Source of the DNA: a virus
Lineage: Duplodnaviria > Heunggongvirae > Uroviricota > Caudoviricetes
Reading direction: 5' to 3' (one strand)
IMG/VR virus record: IMGVR_UViG_3300008107_010192
Location: 11,507-75,506 of that record
Length of the DNA stretch: 64,000 nt
The notes beneath the pieces are model-generated. The model was not told the DNA's origin, did no database searches, and was given only the letters and a program-made list of their open reading frames with translations. The position numbers and the translations under genes are program-made. The number at the start of each line of letters is the position of its first letter. Within the stretch, counting starts at the first letter, position 1. This document shows positions 8,643-17,784 of this stretch, piece after piece.

Positions 8643-10517
8643 TTATATTTTTGGTATTCCTCTGTTATGTGCTAAAATTCCATTAGCAAAAAAGTTATGA
8701 TTATTTTTAATATCCTGTAAATTATAAACTAGAGTGGTTTCTTCTATCATGTTTATGTTCACAATTTTTGAGCTCCCCTTTAATAACTTTAAACAGTCTC
8801 CAATCTCTATCTTACCGATTTTAGATTCTATAGTATACAGTTTATTAGATAGATTATTATCGAATGAAGACCATCCTTTATCTTCAACATATACTGGGTG
8901 ATCTATGGTACATTTTAAAAATTCACCATTCTCTAATTCATACTCAACAATTCGGTCCACTTTTTTACTATAAACAGCATTTACTGTATTGGCCTCAATA
9001 TTATTTGATAGCATGTTAAGTGTCAGTACAGAATCACCAGCAATAATATCCTCTATATTTTTTGTAACACCTTCCGAGATGGTTATTTTCGTGCCTGCAA
9101 CGAAACATGGTGCATTGTGTGTTACGAATGAATTGACAGGAGTTGATCCTGCTATTATGTAGGTGTCAGTATCCTCAACATCAATTTCAACTAAGCTGAA
9201 ATTGTTTTCATTAATTATTAATATTTCAGAATTTGTGACCTGCGCTAATGATCCATCATAATCTACTAAGTAATCTGTCGTTGTTTTTATGTTTACAGAT
9301 TGTTTCCATACGATCGAGTCCATTCCCTCGTCATAAACTAAGAAAGATTTATGAACCGACGTATAAATTGAATCCTCGTTATTATTTACTGTTATATTAG
9401 ATAATGTTTTATTCAACAATTCTTTACTATTTTTATATATAACAGTAGATGTCGTTAGATTAGATTCCGGTGGTAAGGTGTTTCCTGATATTTGCCAAGT
9501 TGGATATGTGAAGTCGTCTTCCGTTAAATCTGTTCCCCCTATATAATAAGATTTTATTTCTTCCCCGACAGAAATGTTCCCTATTTCTACCTCAGTATCA
9601 TCAGATTTAATTATTAAATGCGTGTTTAAAATGCCATCAATTATACCATCATATTTAATAAAATTTGTTGCAAACTCGTAATAATGTTTATTGTCTATCT
9701 TATTAATGTATTGGGCTTCATTATAAATTGATTCGACAGGTAATTCAAATGCCGCACTTTCCTGAAATTGTCCTACGTGAATTAGGGACAGATCACCTCC
9801 GTAAATAATCGAGAAAGTTCTCACTGTGGAAACTTTATTATCTGAAACGGTTTGTGAACTTATGTGATATTTTTGTATTACGTTATTTTCTGTTGCCTTT
9901 TCGCTGATGAATACTCCCCATCGGCTTTGGTCTGTATCTTCAGTGGATTCGCTGCCTATTTTATAAAAATCTATAAGGGAATGTTCCGCATCGCTTATGT
10001 TTTTTATTAAGCAATCTGGCAAATTTCCCGAATTAAAATCCCTAGAAATCGTATCGTATTGTCCGAGTGAGGATGAATGATAAAACTCCGCAACGCTATC
10101 CTGCTCATTATAATCACAGAATAGCCTAAGTGTGTTTAATGTTCCCTTAGCATACTCGCTATCAAAAATGGCTGATTCGTCATACGCCATTCTCAGAACG
10201 AATAAGTCTGAAGCATCCTCAACAGGAGTCGGGTATATTCTGTTTGATTGCTCTTTTATCTCCTTAAATTCTGTGATAAATGGAGCGTTCGATGTCAATG
10301 ATTCGGAAAGTTTATCGACTATATACTGATGTATGTTCGGCTTATGTACTACCGTTACTCTTGTGATGTTATTGCTCTCTAAAACCGAGATAAGGTCGTT
10401 AAAATCCAGATAGACTAAATTATTAGTCGAAATAGTTGTGTCTGTATTTACTTCCAATAGTCTTAAATTGCCAACGCTATCCTCAATAAAATCCGCGGAA
10501 AAAAAGGTTCCTTTCAT
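8643..10517 (-). CDS. large protein with C-terminal Hint (hedgehog/intein-like) autoprocessing domain
   Basis: C-terminal ~140 aa: CFVAGTKITISEG (Hint block A Cys) ... TIDHPVYV (block B TxxH) ... NHNFFANGILAHN (blocks F/G) then RGIPKI and stop. Hint-region coordinates about 8664..9091. Confidence 0.6.
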   Translation of the reverse strand: MKGTFFSADFIEDSVGNLRLLEVNTDTTISTNNLVYLDFNDLISVLESNNITRVTVVHKPNIHQYIVDKLSESLTSNAPFITEFKEIKEQSNRIYPTPVEDASDLFVLRMAYDESAIFDSEYAKGTLNTLRLFCDYNEQDSVAEFYHSSSLGQYDTISRDFNSGNLPDCLIKNISDAEHSLIDFYKIGSESTEDTDQSRWGVFISEKATENNVIQKYHISSQTVSDNKVSTVRTFSIIYGGDLSLIHVGQFQESAAFELPVESIYNEAQYINKIDNKHYYEFATNFIKYDGIIDGILNTHLIIKSDDTEVEIGNISVGEEIKSYYIGGTDLTEDDFTYPTWQISGNTLPPESNLTTSTVIYKNSKELLNKTLSNITVNNNEDSIYTSVHKSFLVYDEGMDSIVWKQSVNIKTTTDYLVDYDGSLAQVTNSEILIINENNFSLVEIDVEDTDTYIIAGSTPVNSFVTHNAPCFVAGTKITISEGVTKNIEDIIAGDSVLTLNMLSNNIEANTVNAVYSKKVDRIVEYELENGEFLKCTIDHPVYVEDKGWSSFDNNLSNKLYTIESKIGKIEIGDCLKLLKGSSKIVNINMIEETTLVYNLQDIKNNHNFFANGILAHNRGIPKI

Positions 10518-10557
10518 ACTTAATATTTTCTTTTATATCCCAATATAACAAAATGCA

Positions 10558-10767
10558 TCACTTTTTTAGACCATATTTTATATATCTATACCATACCCTC
10601 TCGTGTAAAAAATATAAGGCCATCTTGGTTATCACCTCAAAGCCGCCAATGGCGATTCCTATTTTTATATTACCTGTTATGGCCCAGCTTAAAATAATCG
10701 TATCTAATGTTCCGACTATTCTCCATGTTATAGTTTTAGCTATGTGTCTCTTTACCTGAGGCATCAA
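10558..10767 (-). CDS. DUF2061-like small membrane protein
   Basis: VKRHIAKTITWRIVGTLDT...KMALYFLHERVW resembles the DUF2061 consensus (ITWRI..T...LHER.W). Family recalled from memory as commonly found next to APS kinase genes. Confidence 0.45.
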   Translation of the reverse strand: MMPQVKRHIAKTITWRIVGTLDTIILSWAITGNIKIGIAIGGFEVITKMALYFLHERVWYRYIKYGLKK

Positions 10768-11107
10768 TTGTTCCCTCCCTTATTTTGGTACCGCTTATTA
10801 GCGCAATATTTTCTGGGGGCTCGTGGTAAATAACCTCATAACCTACCCCTCTCCCATAATTGATTGATTCAATGTCGGGAATTATCGAAAGAAGTATTCT
10901 GTCAGAATTTTTAACAAAAAACGATTCTTTGGAAAGATCTTCCAAAATTTGTTGTGCTTTTTTTGGATTATTGGCATCTTGATCTACGTCCCTGATAGCG
11001 ACCCAAATGTTTTTTCCCTTCTCTAACTGTTGATTAATAAGCCATTCGTGTCCTTTGTGCCAGTTCTGCCATCTACCTATATAGAGAGCATATTTTTTAC
11101 CTTCCAT
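10736..11107 (-). CDS. HxGH-motif nucleotidyltransferase (cytidylyltransferase-like)
   Basis: YALYIGRWQNWHKGHEWL matches the (T/H)xGH nucleotidyltransferase signature of the TagD/NMNAT/PPAT/ATP-sulfurylase fold; small (123 aa). Confidence 0.45.
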   Translation of the reverse strand: MEGKKYALYIGRWQNWHKGHEWLINQQLEKGKNIWVAIRDVDQDANNPKKAQQILEDLSKESFFVKNSDRILLSIIPDIESINYGRGVGYEVIYHEPPENIALISGTKIREGTIDASGKETHS

Positions 11108-11113
11108 TAATAT

Positions 11114-11542
11114 TTATACGCGCAGAAGGAGACAAAGTTCCACGAAAGATCTTTCTATGCTGGATCCGTTTCGAAAAATTAAAAAGTTTTCCTCAGGACC
11201 TTCAAAATTTTTAACGTGTAACTTTTCCTTCCCTCCGTAATCGTTCCTGGAAAATAAAACCTCTACAACATCGTTATTTTGCTTTAGATCTTCCCTTATA
11301 GCACGATAAGGACAAACCATACTTATCACCACGTTATGTCCTTTAACCGACATAAAACGAGCTATAGTGAAGGACCTTTCTATGTTCTTGATCCTGCCAG
11401 AATAAGAATAGTCAGTATTGGGGAATATTTCCCTCAGATCATCGCCATCTATCCATACAGTTCCCATTCCTAATCTTCTAACTAAGAGCTCTGCCATTGT
11501 AGTTTTACCCGATCCTGGCTGTCCTATTAATAGGTATATCAT
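11114..11542 (-). CDS. P-loop kinase, adenylylsulfate (APS) kinase-like
   Basis: LIGQPGSGKTT (Walker A), WIDGDDLREIF (compare CysC LDGDNVRHGL), RIKNIERSF...VVISMVCPYRAIRE (compare CysC RKENIRRV...VLTAFISPHRAER). Confidence 0.5.
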   Translation of the reverse strand: MIYLLIGQPGSGKTTMAELLVRRLGMGTVWIDGDDLREIFPNTDYSYSGRIKNIERSFTIARFMSVKGHNVVISMVCPYRAIREDLKQNNDVVEVLFSRNDYGGKEKLHVKNFEGPEENFLIFRNGSSIERSFVELCLLLRV

Positions 11543-11704
11543 AGTAAAGTAATATCTAGTGGTTATAAATAAATGGGTCTCTTTTTCTTAGTTCCTCCAG
11601 TTTTTTCTTAAATCTTTTTTTCCTTTTATAGTTGTCTATACTTTTCTTTATCCAACTGAAAAGAATCAATCCCCTTAAGAACACAAAGAATTTTCTAAAG
11701 TGCT

Positions 11705-12052
11705 TCATTTATAATTATTTTTAAATTCCTCTAATCCCATGGCTTTATCGTCGATTAGGTAGTCATAATGCAATTTTCCCATTATCAGTCCATGGTGATT
11801 TATTCCCCATTCTTTTAAACTATCCAGGGTAAGAACATAAAGACTGTTATAAACCTTAACCAGATCTCCATTGAACTGTCCCATTCCCCTAGCAGTGTAA
11901 ATGTAAATGGTGTGACCCTCATCATAAAGTTTATTCGATTTATCAATCATGTGCTTTATGGGTACACAATGTTTATATTTATCTGGGCCAAGGTGTTCCA
12001 GATTTTTATCCCGGGTACATAATGTATCGTCTAAATCAAATGCGTAAATCAT
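11705..12052 (-). CDS. HAD-superfamily phosphatase-like
   Basis: N-terminal MIYAFDLDDTLC (DxDxT motif I); small 115-aa HAD core. Confidence 0.5.
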   Translation of the reverse strand: MIYAFDLDDTLCTRDKNLEHLGPDKYKHCVPIKHMIDKSNKLYDEGHTIYIYTARGMGQFNGDLVKVYNSLYVLTLDSLKEWGINHHGLIMGKLHYDYLIDDKAMGLEEFKNNYK

Positions 12053-12153
12053 AGCGTTAGTTCTTTTAATATGTATTCTGATAATATAATATGGAATATC
12101 TCACCATAATGAAGATCTTCAACTTTTCCTTGGTGTCTCCAAAGACCCAAAGA

Positions 12154-13113
12154 TTATTGGACATAACTGAGCAGTCTTATTAATCTTTGCTTTATGTTAT
12201 TTTTAATCGTTTCATCCATAGAATAATCCATTTTAATAATATTATTTAATTTTTGATAGTTATAGTGACCGCAAACCATTATTAATTTTCTTTTATTCGA
12301 AAAATCAAAATTCAGATCTACCCACTTTTCCCATTTTTTAGAATCGTAGCATACCTCGTAAAACATGTCTATCTGATCCTTTTCCATAAAATCTATTATC
12401 GTTTCCGTTTCAATTTGTGCTATTTCTGGCCCAATATTCAAACTATTCAATCCTCTTTTAAATCTTACAACAATATCCGGCCAATCAAGATAATCGCCAT
12501 TATGTTCCTTTGATTTCTTTCCATATGATTTGCATATTCCGATCATAGATTCTAAATCTTCTATATTGAATTTTCCTATATTTTTTTTATTAGCTATATC
12601 TAAACCCACCCCCGATTGAATACACACATATTCTATTTTTTCAAATTCATCCCCGGTTAGACCAATTTGTAATTCTCTCAAAAAAAAATCCAGATCTTCA
12701 GTGGTAATTTTTTTGATTGCCTCTTCTGTCCCAACTTCAAATAAGATGTTTGAATTTAATTTGTGAATGAATTTAATGTTTTCGATTGTTTCTTTTGTCC
12801 CAGATTCGATATCTTGGTATTTTTTCCATGGATCTATGTGTACGATATCAAGATACTTGGAGTCATTAAAATAAGATTCATATTCGTCAGTGTCTCCTTG
12901 CCCTATTCCCCCATGATCCCTTTCTATTATTATTTCGGATCTTTCTTTGACATAATTCTTGAATGCTTCGGTTGTCCAATTATTAACATATCCTCCATTA
13001 AATTCTATCTGTCTTCTGCTTGGCAATAATCCTATCTTTTTAGAGCCCAATTCTATGACTGCATCCACTATGTTTTTAGACATTGGACATATGAAATAAT
13101 TTATTTCAGACAT
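12154..13113 (-). CDS. GatZ/KbaZ (tagatose-6-phosphate kinase/aldolase-subunit) family-like protein
   Basis: Aligns by eye to GatZ: ICPMSKNIVDAVIELG / ICSVCSAHPLVIEAAL; EFNGGYV / NQFGGYT; ERDHGGIG / GGDHLGPN; VHIDP / IHLDAS; EVGTEE / VIGTEV. Confidence 0.4.
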   Translation of the reverse strand: MSEINYFICPMSKNIVDAVIELGSKKIGLLPSRRQIEFNGGYVNNWTTEAFKNYVKERSEIIIERDHGGIGQGDTDEYESYFNDSKYLDIVHIDPWKKYQDIESGTKETIENIKFIHKLNSNILFEVGTEEAIKKITTEDLDFFLRELQIGLTGDEFEKIEYVCIQSGVGLDIANKKNIGKFNIEDLESMIGICKSYGKKSKEHNGDYLDWPDIVVRFKRGLNSLNIGPEIAQIETETIIDFMEKDQIDMFYEVCYDSKKWEKWVDLNFDFSNKRKLIMVCGHYNYQKLNNIIKMDYSMDETIKNNIKQRLIRLLSYVQ

Positions 13114-13762
13114 ATTCTATTCCCGTGTATATTTTAAACTGTTCGATAGCTTGATATCTTGACATTAATTTTCCGCTTTCGAATTCTGTTCTTGCTTCGA
13201 TAATCCGACCGTTTGTGCAAACGTCCACTGGAGTTGCATTAAAAATCCACCCATCCAAACTTTCAATTTTGCTCCAGTTTTTCCTTTCTATTATTTCATA
13301 CTCTATTCCCCGAATTCTACACACATATTGGACTGCTAGACTAAAACCTCCATTTCCCAGTATGGCTATTTTTTTAACTTCCCTTGGTAAATATTTATCT
13401 ATGCCAATCCAGTCTGTGTTGTAACCGAGTAATTTGTTATCAACTATTTTAACAGTATTACACGAACCAATATCTGCGACGGAAGAATCACACCAATCTA
13501 AATAATCTAATATTTGCACTTTATACGGCATGCTAATTGCAAATCCACCAAATTTTAAGTTCTTAGCGGATTCTACCGATAATTCTATATCGTCGCTATA
13601 AAATGATTTATAAATTGCATCAACTGAATACTTCTGAAAAGCACTATTGAAAAAATGACATCCATTATTTCCTGGGTTCTTTGAAAAAGATCCGAATATC
13701 TTAGTATCCTTGTTTATCAACACCTGCGACATTTTATAGTGATAATAATATATTTTCAGCAA
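13106..13762 (-). CDS. shikimate/quinate dehydrogenase-like (AroE family), C-terminally short
   Basis: KIFGSFSKNPGNNGCHFFNSAF (AroE substrate domain), GGFAISMPYK (catalytic Lys), SCNTV, LLGYNTDWIG (NTD motif), IAILGNGGFSLAV (Rossmann GxGG). Confidence 0.6.
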   Translation of the reverse strand: MLKIYYYHYKMSQVLINKDTKIFGSFSKNPGNNGCHFFNSAFQKYSVDAIYKSFYSDDIELSVESAKNLKFGGFAISMPYKVQILDYLDWCDSSVADIGSCNTVKIVDNKLLGYNTDWIGIDKYLPREVKKIAILGNGGFSLAVQYVCRIRGIEYEIIERKNWSKIESLDGWIFNATPVDVCTNGRIIEARTEFESGKLMSRYQAIEQFKIYTGIEYV

Positions 13763-14519
13763 TTATATACTGTCCAGTTTCGTTTGGGTGATGATCGTTA
13801 ACTAATTCTTCCCAAAATTTTGTATCATAATTTTTATATCTGTCAGAATATCTTAAGCATTCATTTGATGTAAACCTCTGAGCGTCGATATTAAATTCAT
13901 CATCATCTAGCGGAAAGTAAATAATTCTGCTTGGATGAGTAATTGTTTTAATGACATTTTCTTTCCTTTTTTGCGTGGAATTTACATCTTTAGGATGTAT
14001 AGGGTTTAAAAACCAATATTTAACTGTCGCACCTATTTTATTTTCCAAATAATCAAAAACAGGAAGTACGTTTTTAAATCCAAGAATTAATAATTCAATT
14101 CTAAAATCTAAAACGAAATCTACGTATTTTTTCATTTTTTCTTCATCATAAAATTTTTCACTCCTGAAATAATCAATCTGATGCCAATCAAAATCTATCA
14201 ATACGTCATTTATTTCAAATATGTCTTTACTAGACCACGATTCTCTTACGTGGTTTTCGTTAACAAAAGGTACAGGGAACCTATCTGGGTATGTAAACTC
14301 GAAAACCACTAAATCCCCCTTCTTTATTTTTTCCATCTGCCTGAACAGCTTTACCGTAGATTCAAAATTGGATTGACCACTAAACCCGTTATTTACAAAA
14401 TTGAATCCAATTTTTTCGGCTAATATTTCTGGCCAAAATTTCAAGCCGTATTCTTTTTCGTGATGTGGAGAATGAGTCCAACTACATCCGTAAGCCCATA
14501 GTGTGTTTTTTGTAATCAT
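13734..14519 (-). CDS. SGNH-like hydrolase paralog (GCS variant)
   Basis: LWAYGCSWTHSP in place of GDS block I, NGFSGQSN, NDHHPNETGQYIIA (block V). Confidence 0.45.
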   Translation of the reverse strand: MITKNTLWAYGCSWTHSPHHEKEYGLKFWPEILAEKIGFNFVNNGFSGQSNFESTVKLFRQMEKIKKGDLVVFEFTYPDRFPVPFVNENHVRESWSSKDIFEINDVLIDFDWHQIDYFRSEKFYDEEKMKKYVDFVLDFRIELLILGFKNVLPVFDYLENKIGATVKYWFLNPIHPKDVNSTQKRKENVIKTITHPSRIIYFPLDDDEFNIDAQRFTSNECLRYSDRYKNYDTKFWEELVNDHHPNETGQYIIAENILLSL

Positions 14520-16413
14520 CTAGAATTTCTATAGATTTGAACCATAACATTTTACCAAATTTTCCATCGTGTAATGGAGACATATTTAGAAATATCAGGC
14601 CTGTTATAAATTTAATCTTATCGAGATCGAATCCGTTTTTCCTGATCCATCCCTCATATTCAGATCTAAACTTAATTAGATTCTTTGAGATATGATATTC
14701 ATATTTAATAGAATAAGATCCTTCAAAGTATGTGATATTACTGTCATCTTTCATTAAATTGTATGGGATTATTAATCCGCCATAAAACTTAGAAAGATCG
14801 TAATAAATGTCTCCAGATTCTACATTTTCTCCAAAGCAGTCTCTCCAGTCTATGTAATAGTATTCGCCATCTTCCGATAATATCATATTATCAAAGTGGA
14901 GATCACCATGAAAATTAGAATAGAAAGGATTCTCGTAAAGACAGTCAAATATTTTTTCATCAGATAATATAAGATCCAAAGATGGTCTTTTAATTTCGTT
15001 TATTTCATGATCAGAAACAAAATAACTTTCTCCATATTTAGCAAGAAATGATTCTAGTCTTTTATGGGTTTTGTCGACATAAAACTTTTTAAGATCTTCT
15101 ATGTTTGCAGGGATTGTCTCCTTGGTGAGGAATTCCAGCTTTGTCAAAAACCTACTAAAATCCCCCAGTTCCCCGCGATCGTATAAAGTTTTACCTTCTA
15201 TCCAATCGTAATAAAGAAAATTCCCAGCAACATTGAAATTTGGGGGAACCAAGCCTCTTAAAATTTCTCCTCTAATTTTCCTTCTTTCTAGCAGATCTCT
15301 ATCTTGTGTAAACTTTAAAAATTTACCCCCGTCCTTATAGGTTATTTCTCCTATGTCTTTTTTCAAAGATAGCGGTTTATCATTAAAGTACTGTCTAGCT
15401 TTATCTAGATCGTCTAGATTTCCGGTATCTAGCCATTTTAACTTTTTTGCCTTTAGACTTGTATAGACTTGAGGTGATTCAAATGCAGAAACTAATTCAC
15501 CGCTTTTAATATTTTCTTTAAGCTCTTTCCAGAAAGTGGAGTAATCTGATATTCCTCCGAAACCAACAAATGCTAGATCGTATCCGTCAGTACTTTTGTT
15601 AACGAAAGATGTTATATTTTCTTTATCGTCCATCTTCACCGTGGAGTATTTTTCTGGATATGATGTTGAATGAACCCCTAACCAGTTACCGTTTATTCCA
15701 GGGATCGGAGAATCTATGATACAATCTCCCATTATAAAATAAAAAGGTCTTTGAAGATGCTCGGAGCACAACAGAGCGCTTGTACCTGGCCCAGTTTGCG
15801 AAGGATCATAATTCTCGACATTTACGAATGTAAATTTGTGATCTGGATAAACTAGATTACAATACTCTTTGACGGAATCTCCCTTGTATCCAATAGCTAT
15901 GATAAAGTCATATTCCTTAGGGAATTTTTCTATTATGTAGGATATGATAGCCCGATTGTTTACCGGCAATAAAGTTTTATTTATGTTGTCTGTTAATTTT
16001 TTTAGACGGCTACCTAAGCCTGCACATAATATTAAAACCGCGGGAGTTTTATGCTCGCTTTCGATCTTTCCATCAGGTCTATTTGTATCATCCTCCACTC
16101 GTATTACATCGTCGACCTCCGGGGTAGAAACTTCTTGCATTATCAGGTCGGTCAAAGCAATTACCCTGTGTTTTTTAGGAGGAATTACGTTATAGTATTG
16201 ACCTGGGCCGTACACCTCCTTAACAATTTCACCTTGATCATTCTCCAGCCAAATTTCTGCTTGTCCCGATATGATATAGTTAGTTTCTTTTTTAAAGTTG
16301 TGATACTGTAAAGATGTTTTATATCCCTCGTTTATATAGATTCTTTTATAACAATAAGAATCATTAAGTTCTATCCATTCTTCTTTACCCCACGGTTTAT
16401 AAATTGTTTTCAT
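14482..16413 (-). CDS. tri-domain fusion: cupin (mannose-6-P isomerase type-II-like) + sugar-1-phosphate nucleotidyltransferase + APH/choline-kinase-fold kinase
   Basis: N-term YKPWGKEEWIELND...SLQYHNFKKETNYIISGQA (cupin); middle VLILCAGLGSRLKKLT...KTLLPV (NTase G-x-G-x-R-L motif); C-term FHGDLHFDNMIL...YYIDWRD (Brenner HGDxxxxN and D of DFG). Confidence 0.6.
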   Translation of the reverse strand: MKTIYKPWGKEEWIELNDSYCYKRIYINEGYKTSLQYHNFKKETNYIISGQAEIWLENDQGEIVKEVYGPGQYYNVIPPKKHRVIALTDLIMQEVSTPEVDDVIRVEDDTNRPDGKIESEHKTPAVLILCAGLGSRLKKLTDNINKTLLPVNNRAIISYIIEKFPKEYDFIIAIGYKGDSVKEYCNLVYPDHKFTFVNVENYDPSQTGPGTSALLCSEHLQRPFYFIMGDCIIDSPIPGINGNWLGVHSTSYPEKYSTVKMDDKENITSFVNKSTDGYDLAFVGFGGISDYSTFWKELKENIKSGELVSAFESPQVYTSLKAKKLKWLDTGNLDDLDKARQYFNDKPLSLKKDIGEITYKDGGKFLKFTQDRDLLERRKIRGEILRGLVPPNFNVAGNFLYYDWIEGKTLYDRGELGDFSRFLTKLEFLTKETIPANIEDLKKFYVDKTHKRLESFLAKYGESYFVSDHEINEIKRPSLDLILSDEKIFDCLYENPFYSNFHGDLHFDNMILSEDGEYYYIDWRDCFGENVESGDIYYDLSKFYGGLIIPYNLMKDDSNITYFEGSYSIKYEYHISKNLIKFRSEYEGWIRKNGFDLDKIKFITGLIFLNMSPLHDGKFGKMLWFKSIEILDDYKKHTMGLRM

Positions 16414-17128
16414 GATATTGATCTTGATTATTTCCCCAATCCATCGTTTTTTGGAATATCGTATTTATAGATATCTCTTCTTTATTTAACTGTCTAGAGT
16501 TAGCCCTTACAGTAACGACAGATGTTCTTGGAATTTTTTTAATTTTTATTTCACTTAGTAAAATGTGTTTGGCTAAGTGATGATGCATGGAGCCGTTACA
16601 TTCGTTTCCGTCTAATCTTTCCGGTATATTATCAATTAATTTTTCGATTAGATCATATTTACCAAAGAAAAAAATATCCTGTATGAATAATTCTTCCCCG
16701 TTATTTCTAATCTCTTCTAACCCGTATACAGATCCCTCTCTTAAATCCTCATCCGAATTTATATTCTCAAAATCGAAATTAAAATCAAAATAATTATCAG
16801 GTCTTGTTAGCATGATATAATCATATTTTATACCGCTTTTTTTGATCATTTTAAGCCCGGATTTCCAGTGGAATATCATCTTTTCTGGATTGGTTAATTC
16901 AGAAAACACATCATCTAATATTAAAACATTTGCGTCTTTAATATGATCTAATATTCTTTTTTCTGTGACTTCCTCGTCGATTATGATGTCTAGTTTTTTA
17001 TTTTTTTGCTTGGATCTAGACCATGTTGAAAAATAAACCTCGCAATCAAACTTGCTTAAAAAATTCCAAGAAGTAACAGCAATATCAAATTCCCTATACA
17101 TCCCATAAACCAAAATTGCAATTTTCAT
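16397..17128 (-). CDS. GT-A-like putative glycosyltransferase (MKIAI family paralog)
   Basis: MKIAILVYGMYREFD...YFSTW and HWKSGLKMIKKSGIKYDYIMLTRPD resemble the W.K......YDYI.(D/R)xD core of GT34/nucleotide-diphospho-sugar transferases. Confidence 0.3.
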   Translation of the reverse strand: MKIAILVYGMYREFDIAVTSWNFLSKFDCEVYFSTWSRSKQKNKKLDIIIDEEVTEKRILDHIKDANVLILDDVFSELTNPEKMIFHWKSGLKMIKKSGIKYDYIMLTRPDNYFDFNFDFENINSDEDLREGSVYGLEEIRNNGEELFIQDIFFFGKYDLIEKLIDNIPERLDGNECNGSMHHHLAKHILLSEIKIKKIPRTSVVTVRANSRQLNKEEISINTIFQKTMDWGNNQDQYHENNL

Positions 17129-17784
17129 ATGATTTTTACCTTTGATTTTATTTCATTTTCTATGTATTGGCAAAAATCCCTATGACCCTTGAATGACCAG
17201 TGATGGTTTACTATTTCTCCCTTTGTTGCATTGACTATTAATTCAAATTTTTCCCAGAGACTTTCTACATCCCAGATATAGCAGAGATTTACTCCTCTAT
17301 CTTTTAGTAGTCTTTCTCTCAAAAAATTCAGTCTAAAATCGTGTCTGATAGAATAAGCTTTCTGTGTTGCAAATTCTATTGAAAACATTTTTATGGTCTC
17401 TATCTGCTCGTTGGTAAATAATCCAACGGTTGCATCTTCAAACCATTTTTGTACGTCTTTTTCCCCTCCCCTATAAACTATAGATTTGACTTCCGGTGAA
17501 TCATTTTCTTTCGGAAAGTCAAATCTGTGTGACCAGGTTTTACCTATTATTACTATATCGTCCTTAGAAATATCCTCCCAGTTTTTTATTATAGTATCAA
17601 TAATAGTATCGTTAGACACCCCAGGTAAACCTTTATTTTGTAGAGCATAGTTTATTTTTCTGGATAATAATTTATTCCAAGAAAGGTCATCATCTTTTAA
17701 CCTATATCTTTGATAATATAGATCATGATCTAATGTGCCGTCTCCGTATGTAAAAGAACATCCAAATGTCCAGATTTTATTCAT
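17125..17784 (-). CDS. SGNH-like hydrolase paralog (GCS variant)
   Basis: IWTFGCSFTYGDG, KGLPGVSNDTI, NHHWSFKGH. Confidence 0.45.
   Translation of the reverse strand: MNKIWTFGCSFTYGDGTLDHDLYYQRYRLKDDDLSWNKLLSRKINYALQNKGLPGVSNDTIIDTIIKNWEDISKDDIVIIGKTWSHRFDFPKENDSPEVKSIVYRGGEKDVQKWFEDATVGLFTNEQIETIKMFSIEFATQKAYSIRHDFRLNFLRERLLKDRGVNLCYIWDVESLWEKFELIVNATKGEIVNHHWSFKGHRDFCQYIENEIKSKVKII

Noticed and set aside
8643-9091. Possibility that the Hint domain is a splicing intein inserted in a host protein
   Set aside because: The Hint region is at the extreme C-terminus and is followed by RGIPKI-stop with no Cys/Ser/Thr +1 nucleophile and no C-extein, so canonical protein splicing is not possible; more likely a BIL/hedgehog-type autoprocessing domain.
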